64,000 nt of DNA from the human T2T-CHM13v2.0 reference genome, Homo sapiens. Location: NCBI RefSeq assembly GCF_009914755.1, contig NC_060947.1, one strand, 5' to 3'. The translations under genes and the position numbers were made by a program. The notes beneath the pieces are model-generated. The model was not told where the DNA came from and did not search any database. It worked only from the letters and a program-made list of their open reading frames with translations. Of this stretch, positions 24,700 to 38,009 are shown piece by piece (the first letter of the stretch is position 1; each line of letters opens with the position of its first letter).

Positions 24700-26650
24700 G
24701 CTTTCTTAGCTGCGGCGAGCGGACAAGTGCCCTGAGCTAGACTCCCTGAGTGACCAGTGCAGACAGCTGTCCGCTCAGATCCCCCGGGACCCTCAGCCAG
24801 TGGCACAGAGTAGCTCTCCTGCCCACGCCTGCAGAAGCAGACATGCCCGGGTGGTTTATCCTGCGTGGCTGGGGGCGTGGGGGTGGCTGGGCTGTCGCTT
24901 GCTCCCACCCCTACCCCGGGTGCGCCCCCTGCCCCGTGCGCTGCGGGGGAGAAGAGCGGGGCGGTGCGCAGAGCGCAGAGCTGGGCTCCGGGCGAGAGTC
25001 CAGCCCGGTCGAGCTCAGGTCTCTCGCCCCAAGCTTCGCCTCGGGCCAGGAGGCTGAGCTGCGGGTGGAAACCGCCCTCCCCTGCCTCGCCCCGGGGCCC
25101 CCTCCCCCGCACTCCGGCCCGGGCCGGCGCCTGAGCTCCCCAATTAGCCCGGCTGCACTCGGACCTCCCCCAAATCCCTCCCCCAGATCCCTGCCCCGCA
25201 CGCTCCTGCCTGGAGACCCCGCGCGCTCTGCGCTCCCCGCCTTCCCAGCCACCGCGGGTCAAGTTCCCCAGTGCGCGCAGGGCATGACCGGGGCGCATCC
25301 CCGGCCCCCCAACAGGCAGCCTTGGGCGGTCAGCGCGGGCGCCTCATTAGTAGGGTGGGATGAAGGGTTCCCCGGAGAGACGCAAGGCGAGCCCCCACCC
25401 ACCCACCCACCGAGGCCCTGAGCATGGATAAGCGCCCCCAGTCCGGGCACCGTGGGGGACCCCTAGGGTCGTGGCCTCGCGGGCTGGTCCAGGAGCGCCC
25501 AGGAGCCTGGGGCAGGGGTGGGGGTGGGGGTTCCAGGACCGGCACGTGGGGGCCCCAGAACCCCTGCGCTCACCCGCGGGGTCGAGCTGTCTCTCCAGAA
25601 GCCGCGCTTGGTCAGGACTTGGGCCTTGTCCCCGCGGAAGTTCTGTTCCAGGCCAGCCCCCGGAGGCAGGAGGATGGGGAGGAGGCGGCCAGGTCTGCGG
25701 CACAAATTAGGCCATTAATTCCTGCCTGCTCCTAGAGAAGGCAAAGTTTCTGTCCTGGAATACGTTTCCAAAGACACAGCTTCTGGAAGGGGAAGGGAAA
25801 GGATGGAGAGGCTGCGCGGTGCTGATTCCACCCGACAGGCAATGCTCGCGTTCCTTGGAGTGGGAGGGGTCGGGGCGATGAGAAACCTCTGGGGGATCGG
25901 GGCAGGTGGACACGCGCGCTCGGAGCTGTCCAAGGCCTGGTCTCCCCGGCGATGACCCTACCCAAGAGTCAGGTCCCCACCTCAGGGAATCCTCCCGTTC
26001 CTTGGAGTTGGGGGGATGGGAGCGATGGGAAACCTCTGGGGGCTTGGGGCAGGTGGATAGGCGCGCTCTGGGCTGTCCAAGGCCTGGTCGCCCCAGGGCT
26101 GGCCCTACCCAAGGGTCAGGTCCTCACCTCAGGCCTCAGCCGGGGAGGAAGGCGGTGAACCAGGCACGGTGCCCTGTGCGCGCTCCTCGCTCTCCGGAGG
26201 CTCGGGGCCCCGTGTCCCCGCCGCGCCCCTGGGTGCCATTCGCGTTCTGCCGAAGCTTCTAGTCTTGGGAAGCAAAGTGTGCCTCTTCCTGGCTCTGCGC
26301 GGTGGAGGTCTTCGTTCCTTTCATCTGCGTTTTGACGTTGGAGAGACGTGGCCAAAGACTGGGAGCCTGTTTGGGAGTCCTGCCGATTTCTTAAGCCGGT
26401 GCGTCCTGGGGACGCGAATCCCGCGTCTGGGGCACGGGCAGGAGGAAGGAAGGACCAGTTCTTTTTCTGTCCCCTTGCGGAGGCCCGTGCCAGAAGTGGA
26501 AATGACAGTCGAAATACACCTCCAAGATGTGTTCCTCAGAACATGAATGACCGCAGAAAGGGGGCTGAATTTATTCCTGGCGAGGGAGGGCCGCCCCTTC
26601 TTTGTGCAGCGGTGGCCTCCAGCAAACGGCCTTGCTGGGTTTCTTCTTCG
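24700..26650. promoter_or_regulatory. Upstream CpG island ~4-5 kb before exon 1
   Basis: CpG-dense non-repetitive sequence with embedded TAAT/ATTA motifs. Confidence 0.7.
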
Positions 26651-26796
26651 TGACAAAGGCCTTTGCTCCCTGAAAAACATAACGTTTTTCTTAAACAAAT
26701 AAGAGTTTTCTTAAATAAAACATAGAGGCCCTGTGATTAAATCCGAAAGGAAAGAGGTCTAATGCCCACCATATGTTGCAAAGTACATGCTAAGGT

Positions 26797-26801
<5 letters not shown>

Positions 26802-26848
<47 letters not shown>
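26802..26848. repeat. (GA)n microsatellite, probably DXYS10092
   Basis: Pure GA run; marker name from memory of flanking primers, not verified. Confidence 0.7.
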
Positions 26849-26850
<2 letters not shown>

Positions 26851-27569
26851 CAAATTCCACAGAAGGTCCCTGAGAAAAAGCAAACAACGTTTTCTCCTAG
26901 GAAGTTTTACTTTAAAAATTGCAAGTTTGCATGGTGGGGTATTTTAGAGACACCCTCTCCTGCACACACACACACGTAGGTACTAGGACTTGTAGAAAAA
27001 GCGAGATAAAATGAAACAAATAGAAAAAAAAAAAACCCACAGAAAAACAAAGCTACATTCCCAAGGCAGGTCCTTAGACACATATGGTCAGCCAGGCCTC
27101 TAGAGAGAAGAAAAAACCAACCAGGGCCTACGTGCCCTTTTTAAATATTATAGAGGTTGCCCTTGTCCACTGGATCAGTCTCAGCCATTCACGAGCCAGA
27201 CTGACAAACCTCACTTTAATGAAAATCTATTAGCTTCACGCGGGCAACGTGGATGTTTGCGTCAATCAATAAACAGCGTCGGAGGGAGTACAAATCCAGG
27301 TTTCTGACTTTAAAAGGGGAGGGGGAAGGAAAAAAAAAACAACAAGAGTTCGTCTAGGAAACGTGTCGAGACGTCTGTAAAATTCTGAAACCCTAAATAC
27401 ATCCTTATACATATTTAATGTGCGGGGAGGGGTTGGTGGTTGTTATAGGGGCCGAACCTTGGTCCGAGACCATGAATACCCACCCTTCCGTGCTTATCAT
27501 GAATAGAAATGGCCTTTCGAATTATGTGCTTAAAAAAAAAGTGGGCCACATGGAAGGGGTATTTCTTGA

Positions 27570-27750
27570 AATAGCTGTAGGAGATATACCTAACGTCAAT
27601 GACGAGTTCATGGGTGCAGCAGACCAGCATGGCACATGTATACGTATGTAACTAACCTGCACGTTGTGCACATGTACCCTAAAACTTAAAGTCTAATAAA
27701 ATAAAATAAAATAAAATAAAATAAAATAAAATAAAATAAAATAAAAAGAA
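27570..27750 (+). mobile_element. 5'-truncated L1PA 3' end with (AAAAT)n tail
   Basis: GGAGATATACCTAA...CATGGCACATGTATAC...GTGCACATGTACCCTAAAACTTAAAGT. Confidence 0.9.
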
Positions 27751-28085
27751 AAGTGTTTCCTCCCTGGCTGGAGGACCCAGGAGGAGGTCCCAGTTTTCTG
27801 GTGGGGGTGGGCGTGGAGTAGGGGGCGGGGAAGGGATGAGGGCCTTAGGTTCTGCGTCAGGAGGGCTGGAGGCCCCAGAGGGCCCCGTACAAATGCCGCT
27901 CTGCAATTAAGAGCTCTGGGCGTGAAATTTGATTTAAAGTAAATACATCAGGTTCCAGAGAGCGGAGCTTCGTTGGAGCTAAAACTGAAAAAATATAATC
28001 AAAGCCATACTTTTCGGGAGTTAAAGAAATCAAGTGTTCAGTATTTGAAGGTTCACGGCTTCTATTCCCCTTGGTGCTGCAAATG

Positions 28086-28205
28086 ACAGAGAGAGAGAGA
28101 AAGGAGAGAGAGAAAGAAAAGAGAAGAGAGAGAGAGAGAGAAGACAGAAAGACAGAGACAGAGAAGAGAGAGAAAAGACAGAGAGAAGAGAGAGGACAGA
28201 GAGAA

Positions 28206-28238
<33 letters not shown>

Positions 28239-28534
28239 AGACAGAGAGAGAAAGAAAAGAGAAGAGAGAGAGAAAGAAGACAGAAAGACAGAGAGAGAGA
28301 AGAGAGAAAGAGAGAGGAGAGAAGAGAGAGAGGAGAGAGAGAAGACAGACAGAGAAGAGAGAGAAAAGAGAGAGAGAAGAGAGAGAAGAGAGAGGACAGA
28401 GAGAAAGAGAGAGAGGAGAGAGAGAAAGACAGAGACAGAAGAGAGAGAAAGAGAGAAGACAGAGAGAAAGAGAGAGAGGAGAGAGAGAAAGACAGAGAGA
28501 GAGAAGATAGAGAGAGAGAAGACAGAGAGAAGAC

Positions 28535-28565
<31 letters not shown>

Positions 28566-29302
28566 AGAGAGAGAAAGACAGAGAAGACAGAGAGAGAGAA
28601 AGACAGAGAGAAGACAGAGAGAGAAAGACAGAGAGAGAGAAGATAGAGAGAGAGAAGACAGAGAAGACAGAGAGAGAGAGAAAGACAGAGAGAGAGAAGA
28701 GAGAGAAAGACAGAGAGAAGACAGAGAGAGAGAAAGACAGAGAGAAGACAGAGAGAGAGAGAAAGAGAGAGAGAGAAGACAGAGAGAGAAGAGAGAGAGA
28801 AAGAGAAAGACAGAGAGAGAGAGGACAGAGATAGAAAGAGAGACAGAGAAGACAGAGAGAGAGAGAAAGACAGAGAGAGAAGAGAGAGAAAGAGAGAGAG
28901 AGAAAGACAGAGAGAGAAGAGAGAGAAAGACAGAGAGCGAGAGAAAGACAGAGAGAGAAGAGAGAGAGAAAGACAGAGAGAGAGAAGACAGAGAGAGAGA
29001 AAGAGAGCGAGGAGAGAGAGAAAGACAGAGAGAGAGAGAAGACAGAAAGAGAGAGAAAGAGAGAGAAGACAGAGAGAGAAGAGAGAGAGAAGACAGAAAG
29101 ACACAGAGAGAGAGAAGACAGAGAGAGAGAAAAAGTCAGAGAGAGAAGACAGAGAGAGAGAAAAAGACAGACAGAGAAGACAGAGAGAGAGAAAAAGACA
29201 GAGAGAAGACAGACAGAAAGAGAGAGAAGAGAGAGAGAAGACAGAGACAGAAAGCGAGAGAAAGACAGAGAGAGAAAGTCAGAGAGAAGAGAGAGAGAGA
29301 GC
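28086..29302. repeat. Complex (GA)-rich polypurine tract upstream of P1
   Basis: ~1.2 kb of GAGA/GACA/GAAA. Confidence 0.95.
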
Positions 29303-29399
29303 AAATGACTTATTCCTTAAAACGTACCTAATTCACATAGAAAAAGCCAGATTATTTGATAAAGTGGGCCAGTCTCAGAGTTCCTTCCTCTTCGCAGCC

Positions 29400-30450
29400 A
29401 TCCTAAGCGCGTTCCTCGAGTTTCCCCCCAGCAGGTGCGTTCTAGAAAGCGCTGGTCAGGACGCATGGCTGCCCCATAGATTTCTTGGGGACGGGAGTGA
29501 GAGACGCCTGGACGCCCAAGCGGAAGCCTCCAGCCTCCAAGGTCCTACAACAGATACAGCAGCTACTGAGTCTCCTCTCTGGTTTCTTTTCCGCCCCTGG
29601 GGAGAGAAAAGAGAAGGGGAGAAACGTCACCACCAGCAACTGCTCCCAGCCAGCAAGACGCACGGCGGGGAGGCCGGGGCTGGCCGCGTCCTGCAGCTCC
29701 TGAGCTGCGTGTCTGAGCTTTTCCCAGCCCCGCCTGCGTCTCCAGGGGCGAAATAAGAAGCAAATCTTGCTGGGACCGAGTTCAGGTCGAGGAACTCCGG
29801 GACCCTCTGCAGCCTCAGCCCTGCCGCGCTCCCCGCAGCTTCGGGCCTGTTGCGGGGAGTTGGGGAGGAATTCAGGGAAGGGGGGAACCAGGCCGGGATA
29901 AGAGGCTCCGGCTTGCTGTGGGCTGCATGAGGGGGTGCAAAGGCGAGCAGAAGCCCCTGGGATCCTTGGCTCGTCTGCTGCGGGACCCCCAGCCCCGGCG
30001 GGCGGACCGCGGAGAGCGCTGTCCCGGATCCGGAGATTCGCTTTTCCTTTGCGACTGCGGGGCTGGCGCGCGCGCGCGAGGGGTCAGCACCCTGGGCATT
30101 GGGGTCAATGCAACCAGGGCAGGTCCCTGGGGGGCCCCCAGGAGCCAATAGGGGTCTTCGAGTCACCCTGCGGCCGCCTGCTTTTTCCCGGGTCCTGAGA
30201 ACAGGGGCTCCCCACACTTTTTTTTTTTTTTTGGTTTTGTTTTATTTCGTTTCCGCGCGTCTCTTTCTACTGCAAACAGAAATGGGAGGGTGGACAGGCG
30301 GGTAGGAGCGGATCAGACGCCCAGGACGCAGCAGCCCGAGTCCGCACAGGGTTTGCGGGACGTGGTGACCGCGCTGGGGACGCCAGGACGCGAATGAACC
30401 TCCGGGGCGCGCTCGGGGCCTGCGCTCAGAGCTTGGTGAGCTCGGTTTTG
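29400..30450 (+). promoter_or_regulatory. SHOX promoter P1 / CpG island
   Basis: CpG-dense and GC-rich, CCAAT at 30145-30149 just upstream of exon 1. Confidence 0.8.
30177..30435 (+). other. SHOX: SHOX non-coding exon 1 (P1 transcript 5'UTR)
   Basis: Ends at donor TTG|GTGAGC (GT at 30436); matches my recollection of the SHOX mRNA 5' end; contains uATGs at 30282 and 30394; start approximate. Confidence 0.88.
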
Positions 30451-30536
30451 GAACTTTCCTTTTCTTTTCCAGAAAGCTTTGCCTTCTTTCCTTTCTTCGT
30501 TCCTTCCTTCCTTCCTTCCTCTCTTCCTCTTTCTTT

Positions 30537-30576
<40 letters not shown>

Positions 30577-30711
30577 TTCTTTCTTCCTTTCACTTGGCAA
30601 GATTGGTTTTGGAGCTTTCCTTTTCTTTTCCAGAAAGCTTTGCCTTCTTTCCTTCCTTCGTTCTTTCCTTCCTTCCTTCCTCTCTTCCTCTTTCTTTCTT
30701 TTCTTTCTTTC

Positions 30712-30756
<45 letters not shown>

Positions 30757-31140
30757 TTTCTTTCTTTCTTTCTTTCTTTTCTTTCTTTCACTTGGCAAGA
30801 TTGCTTTTGGAGCTTTCCTTTTCTTTTCCAGAAAGCTTTTTCCTTCCTTCCCTCCTTCCTTCCTTCTCTCCCTCCCTCCTTTCCTTTCCTCCCTCTGTTC
30901 CTTCCCTCCCTCCCTCCCTCCTTCTCTCCCTCCCTCCCTCCTTCTCTCCCTCCCTCCCTCCTTCCCTTTCTTTCTTCTTTCTTTCTTTCTCTTTCTTTTT
31001 CCTTTCTCTTTCATTTCTTTCCTCTTCCTTCCCCCATCCTCCCCCTTCATCGTCCCTCCTCCTCCTCCTTCTCCTCCTCCTCCTCCTCCTTCTTCCTCCT
31101 CCTCCTCCTTCTACTCCTTTTCCTCCTCTTCCCTCTGCCA
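30445..31140. repeat. (TTTC/TTCC/TCC)n tract with a triplicated ~55-bp unit
   Basis: TTTTGGA.CTTTCCTTTTCTTTTCCAGAAAGCTTT occurs three times. Confidence 0.9.
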
Positions 31141-31314
31141 TTTGTCTCTTTCCCCTTTGCGTTTTTATTCGCAGTCGTTGTTTTTGTCCATCCACTAACT
31201 TCTCTGAAACCTGATTCTTTTGGGACGCTTGGCAAAAGGCATTTCATACAGGGAGGCGGTCACATATGCTAACAAGACACGGTGAAAAGTCTCTTCTCAT
31301 CGGCTTGGTGTGCT

Positions 31315-33440
31315 GCTCTCTTCTCTCTCTCGCTGTCTCTCTCTGTCTGTCTCTCTGTCCCCTGTCTGTCGCTATTTTTCTCTGTCTATCTCTGTATCTC
31401 TGTCTCTCTCTTTCTCTCCTCTGTCTCTCTGTATCTCTGTCCATCTCTGTCTCTCTTTCTCTCTCTCCTCTCTCTCTTTTTCTCTGTCTCTGTCTGTATC
31501 TCTATCTCTGTCTCTCTTTCTCTCTGTCTTCGTTCCTCTCTCTCTTTTTTTCTCTCTTCCTCTGTCTCTCTTTCTATCTCTGTCTCTCTCTCTCTCTCCT
31601 CTCTCTCTGTCTCTTTTTCTCTGTCTCTGTCTGTATCTCTGTCTGTCTCTGTCTCTCTTTCTGTCCTCTCTCTGTATCTCTGTCTCTGTCTCTCTTTCTC
31701 TCCTCTCTTTTTCTCTGTCTCTGTATCTCTGTCTATCTCTGTCTCTCTTTCTCTCTCTCCTCTCTCTCTCTTTCTCTGTCTCTGTCTGTATCTCTATCTC
31801 TGTCTCTCTTTCTCTCTGTCTTCGTTCCTCTCTCTCTTTTTCTCTTTCTCTGTATCTCTATCTCTGTCTCTCTTTCTCTCTCTCCTCTCTCTCTGTCTCT
31901 TTTTCTCTGTCTCTCTCTGTGTCTCTACCTCTGTCTCTCTCTCTCCTCTCTTTTTCTCTGTCTCTGTCTGTATCTCTGTCTATCTCTGTCTCTCTCTCTC
32001 CTCTCTCTCTTTCTCTGTCTCTGTCTGTATCTCTATCTCTGTCTCTCTTTCTCTCTGTCTTCGTTCCTCTCTCTCTTTTTCTCTTTCTCTGTATCTCTAT
32101 CTCTGTCTCTCTTTCTCTCTCTCCTCTCTCTCTGTCTCTTTTTCTCTGTCTCTCTCTGTGTCTCTACCTCTGTCTCTCTCTCTCCTCTCTTTTTCTCTGT
32201 CTCTGTCTGTATCTCTGTCTATCTCTGTCTCTCTCTCTCCTCTCTCTCTTTCTCTGTCTCTGTCTGTATCTCTATCTCTGTCTCTCTTTCTCTCTGTCTT
32301 CGTTCCTCTCTCTCTTTTTCTCTTTCTCTGTATCTCTATCTCTGTCTCTCTTTCTCTCTCTCCTCTCTCTCTGTCTCTTTTTCTCTGTCTCTCTCTGTGT
32401 CTCTACCTCTGTCTCTCTCTCTCCTCTCTTTTTCTCTGTCTCTGTCTGTATCTCTGTCTATCTCTGTCTCTCTCTCTCCTCTCTCTCTTTCTCTGTCTCT
32501 GTCTGTATCTCTATCTCTGTCTCTCTTTCTCTCTGTCTTCGTTCCTCTCTCTCTTTTTCTCTTTCTCTGTATCTCTATCTCTGTCTCTCTTTCTCTCTCT
32601 CCTCTCTCTCTGTCTCTTTTTCTCTGTCTCTCTCTGTGTCTCTACCTCTGTCTCTCTCTCTCCTCTCTTTTTCTCTGTCTCTGTCTGTATCTCTGTCTAT
32701 CTCTGTCTCTCTCTCTCCTCTCTCTCTTTCTCTGTCTCTGTCTGTATCTCTATCTCTGTCTCTCTTTCTCTCTGTCTTTGTTCCTCTCTCTCTTTTTCTC
32801 TTTCTCTGTATCTCTGTCTATCTCTGTCTCTCTTTCTCTCTCTCCTCTCTCTCTGTCTCTTTTTCTCTGTCTCTCTCTGTGTCTCTACCTCTGTCTCTCT
32901 TTCTCTCCTCTCTTTTTCTCTGTCTCTGTCTGTATCTCTGTCTGTCTCTGTCTCTCTCTCTCCTCTCTCTGTATCTCTGTCTCTGTCTCTCTTTCTCTCC
33001 TCTCTCTCTTTTTCTCTGTCTCTGTATCTCTGTCTATCTCTGTCTCTCTTTCTCTCTCTCATCTCTCTCTGTCTCTTTTTCTCTGTCTCTCTCTGTGTCT
33101 CTACCTCTGTCTTTCTTTCTCTCCTCTCTTTTTCTCTGTCTCTGTATCTCTATCTCTGTCTCTCTTTCTCTCTCTCCTCTCTCTCTTTTTCTGTCTCTGT
33201 CTCTCTGTCTGTCTCTGTCTCTCTTTGTCTCTCTCCTCTCTGTCTCTTTTTCTCTGTCTCTCTCTGTGTCTCTACCTGTGTCTCTCTTTCCTCTCTCTTT
33301 TTCTCTCTCTGTCTGTATCTCTGTCTACCTCTGTCTCTCTCTCTCTCCTCTCTCTCTGTCTCTTTTTCTCTGTCTTTCTGTCTCTCTATCTCTGTGACTC
33401 TTTCCCTCTCTCCTCTCTCTTTTTCTCTCTCTCCCTGTCT
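31315..33440. repeat. CT-rich tract with 239-bp higher-order repeat
   Basis: Marker (C/T)GTTCCTC at 31823, 32062, 32301, 32540, 32779. Confidence 0.93.
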
Positions 33441-34389
33441 CAGGGAAGCATCAGTAAAACCTCCAACAAGCACCCCCTTGTACACAGCCCAGGCCAAGAG
33501 AGGTGCAGACCCTGCTTTCTGCCTGCAGCCGCCTGCTGTAAAATGTCAATGCAAAACATTTCATACAGTCCACCCACTCTGCAGACTGGAGCTGCGGCCT
33601 CTCGGACAGCGTCTTGAATTTGCAACGAAAAACGTGTGGGGTAGAAAAAGCTCTCGTCTGGATTTCTAACATGTTATCAAGCACTCAAACGCTGGGTGTT
33701 TCCTGCCTGTCTTTAAAGGGAAGGGCAGGGAGAGAACGTAAAAGCTCTGGTCAGAGAAGGGAAAGGTCTTTAGGTGAGAGGGGTGAGGCCGCCTCCGTGC
33801 TCATCCCACAGGAAGAGTTGGAGTTTTACAGAAAGATGAGATCTCTTTCGCGTAGCCAGAAACTCTTAGGAAAAGCGGGGTGTTGGAAAGGCAGAAAGTG
33901 TGCCATGAATCGGACGTGCGTGATTTCAAAGCCACTTGTCTGCAGTGAGAATTACAATTGGGGCTTCAGTTGAAAAAGGGCCTTTGCTTTTTCTCCGAGG
34001 CCGAGGGGCCTTGAATAGCCACACAGCTCCTGACTGGTGTCCCCATGCTCATTCCTGGAGGCTCGGACACCCTGGTAGAGCGGAGTTTCCTACTAGACAA
34101 AGGGGTCCAGATTGCGGCCCAAGAAGGAACCTCAGGTCGGGGAAAGCCTGGGCCTCACGGGACCCCCCAGGAAAGCCTGGTCCTTGGGGTTGGAGAAGAC
34201 AGCTGAGCTGGGAGGACGGAGGGTTTTCGGTAGGGAGACAGTGAGCAGCTGTGAGAGGTTTACGGCGCAGTCCCTGGGGACCCAGTTTCCCAGCAGAGGC
34301 AGAGATGGGGAGGCCTTTAGAAGCAGAAAAGTTACCCGGCCTCTGAGGACCCAGAAAGTTGCTCTAAGCCAGAGACCCTTCTCCGAATC

Positions 34390-35765
34390 TCCCTCTCTGT
34401 CTGTCTCTGCCTCTCTCCCTCTTTCTCTTCCCCCTCCCTGTCTCCCTCTCTGTGTCTCTGCCTCTCTTTGTCTCTGTGTCCCCTGTCTCTCTGCCTCTCT
34501 TTGTCTCTCTCTGTATCTCTATCTGTGTCTCTCTTTTTCTCTCTCCATCTCTCTGTCTCTCCGTTTCTCTCTTTCTCTCTCCCTCTCTCTCCCTGTCCGT
34601 GTCGCTCTTTCTCTCTCTCCATCTCCCAGTCTCTCCCTTTCTCTCTCTCTCCATCTCTCCCTGTCTCTCTTTCTCTGTCTCCATCTCTTTCTCTGTCTCT
34701 CCTTGTCTCTCTCTTTCTCTCTCTCCATCTCTCTCTGTCTCTCCCTGTCTGTTTCTCTCTCTCCATCTGTCTGTCTCTCCCTTTCTCTCTCTCTGTCTCT
34801 CCCTCTCTCTCCCTGTCTGTGTCTCTCTTTCTCTCTCTCCATCTCTCTCTGTCTCTCCCTGTGTTTCTCTCTCTCCATCTCTCTCTGTCTCTCCCTGTCT
34901 GTTTCTCTCTCTCCATCTGTCTGTGTCTCTCTTTCTCTCTCTCTATCTCTCCCTCTCTCTCCCTGTCTGTGTCTCTCTTTCTCTCTCTCCATCTCTCTCT
35001 GTCTCTCCCTGTGTTTCTCTCTCTCCATCTCTCTCTGTCTCTCCCTGTCTGTTTCTCTCTCTCCATCTGTCTGTCTCTCTCTTTCTCTCTCTCTATCTCT
35101 CCCTCTCTCTCCCTGTCTGTGTCTCTCTTTCTCTCTCTCCATCTCTCTCTGTCTCTCCCTGTGTGTTTCTCTATCTCCATCTCTCTGTCTCTCCCTTTGT
35201 CTCTCTCTGTCTCTCCCTCTCTCTCCCTGTCTGTGTCTCTCTTTCTCTCTCTCCATCTCTCTCTGTCTCTCCCTGTGTTTCTCTCTCTCCATCTCTCTCT
35301 GTCTCTCCCTGTCTGTTTCTCTCTCTCCATCTGTCTGTGTCTCTCTTTCTCTCTCTCTATCTCTCCCTCTCTCTCCCTGTCTGTGTCTCTCTTTCTCTCT
35401 CTCCATCTCTCTCTGTCTCTCCCTGTGTTTCTCTCTCTCCATCTCTCTCCGTCTCTCCCTGTCTGTCTCTTTCTCTGTCTCCATCTCTCTCTGTCTCTCC
35501 TTGACTCTCTTTCTCTCTGTCTCCATGTCTCTGTCTCTCCCTGTCTGTGTCTCTCTTTCTCTCTCTCCATCTCTCTCCGTCTTTCCCCCTCTGTCTCTTT
35601 CTCTGTCTCCATCCCTCTGTCTCTCCCTTTCTCTCTGTCTTTCCTTGTCTCTCTCTTTCTCTCTCTCTCTCCATCTCTCTCTCTCCCTGTCTCTCTCTCT
35701 CCATCTCCCCGTCTCTCCGTTTCTCTCTCTGCCTCTCCCTGTCTGTCTCTCTCTTTCTGTGTCTT
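34390..35765. repeat. CT-rich tract with 150-bp higher-order repeat
   Basis: Marker CTCCATCTGT at 34761, 34911, 35061, 35325. Confidence 0.9.
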
Positions 35766-36632
35766 ACACACACCCCAACCCACCGTCACTCATGTCCCCC
35801 CACTGCTGTGCCATCTCACACAAGTTCACAGCTCAGCTGTCATCCTGGGTCCCCAGGCCCCGCCGGGGAGGAAGATGCGCCGTGGGGTTACGGGAGGAAG
35901 GGGACTCCGGGCCTCCTGGTGCCCCACTTTATTTGCAGAAGGTCCTTGGCAGGAACCGTGACGCGTTTGGTTTCCAGGACTTGGAAAACGAATTTCAGGT
36001 CGCGATGGCGAGCACCGGCTTCCCCTGAAGCACATTCAATAGCGAGAGGCGGGAGGGAGCGAGCAGGAGCATCCCACCATGAAAACCAAAAACACAAGTA
36101 TTTTTTTCACCCGGTAAATACCCCAGACGCCAGGGTGACAGCGCGGCGCTAAGGGAGGAGGCCTCGCGCCGGGGTCCGCCGGGATCTGGCGCGGGCGGAA
36201 AGAATATAGATCTTTACGAACCGGATCTCCCGGGGACCTGGGCTTCTTTCTGCGGGCGCTGGAGACCCGGGAGGCGGCCCCGGGGATCCTCGGCCTCCGC
36301 CGCCGCCGCCTCCCAAGCGCCCGCGTCCCGGTTTGGGGACACCCGGCCCCTTCTTCTCACTTTCGGGGATTCTCCAGCCGCGTTCCATCTCACCAACTCT
36401 CCATCCAAGGGCGCGCCGCCACCAACTTGGAGCTCATCTTCTCCCAAGATCGTGCGTCCCCGGGGCGCCCGGGTCCCCCCCCTCGCCATCTCAACCCCGG
36501 CGCGACCCGGGCGCTTCCTGGAAAGATCCAGGCGCCGGGCTCTGCGCTCCTCCCGGGAGCGAGGGCGGCCGGACGACTGGGACCCTCCTCTCTCCAGCCG
36601 TGAACTCCTTGTCTCTCTGTCTCTCTCTGCAG

Positions 36633-37460
<828 letters not shown>

Positions 37461-37489
37461 TAAGGCCCGGGCCGTCAGGCTTTGCCTAA

Positions 37490-38009
<520 letters not shown>

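Noticed and set aside
24002-25298. HPSI-repeat ORFs up to 398 aa
   Set aside because: Translation of (TCCA/TTCA)n plus GC-rich CpG island sequence
27857-36028. Very long (400-795 aa) SL/ER-repeat ORFs
   Set aside because: GA/CT low-complexity DNA lacks stop codons; no coding signature
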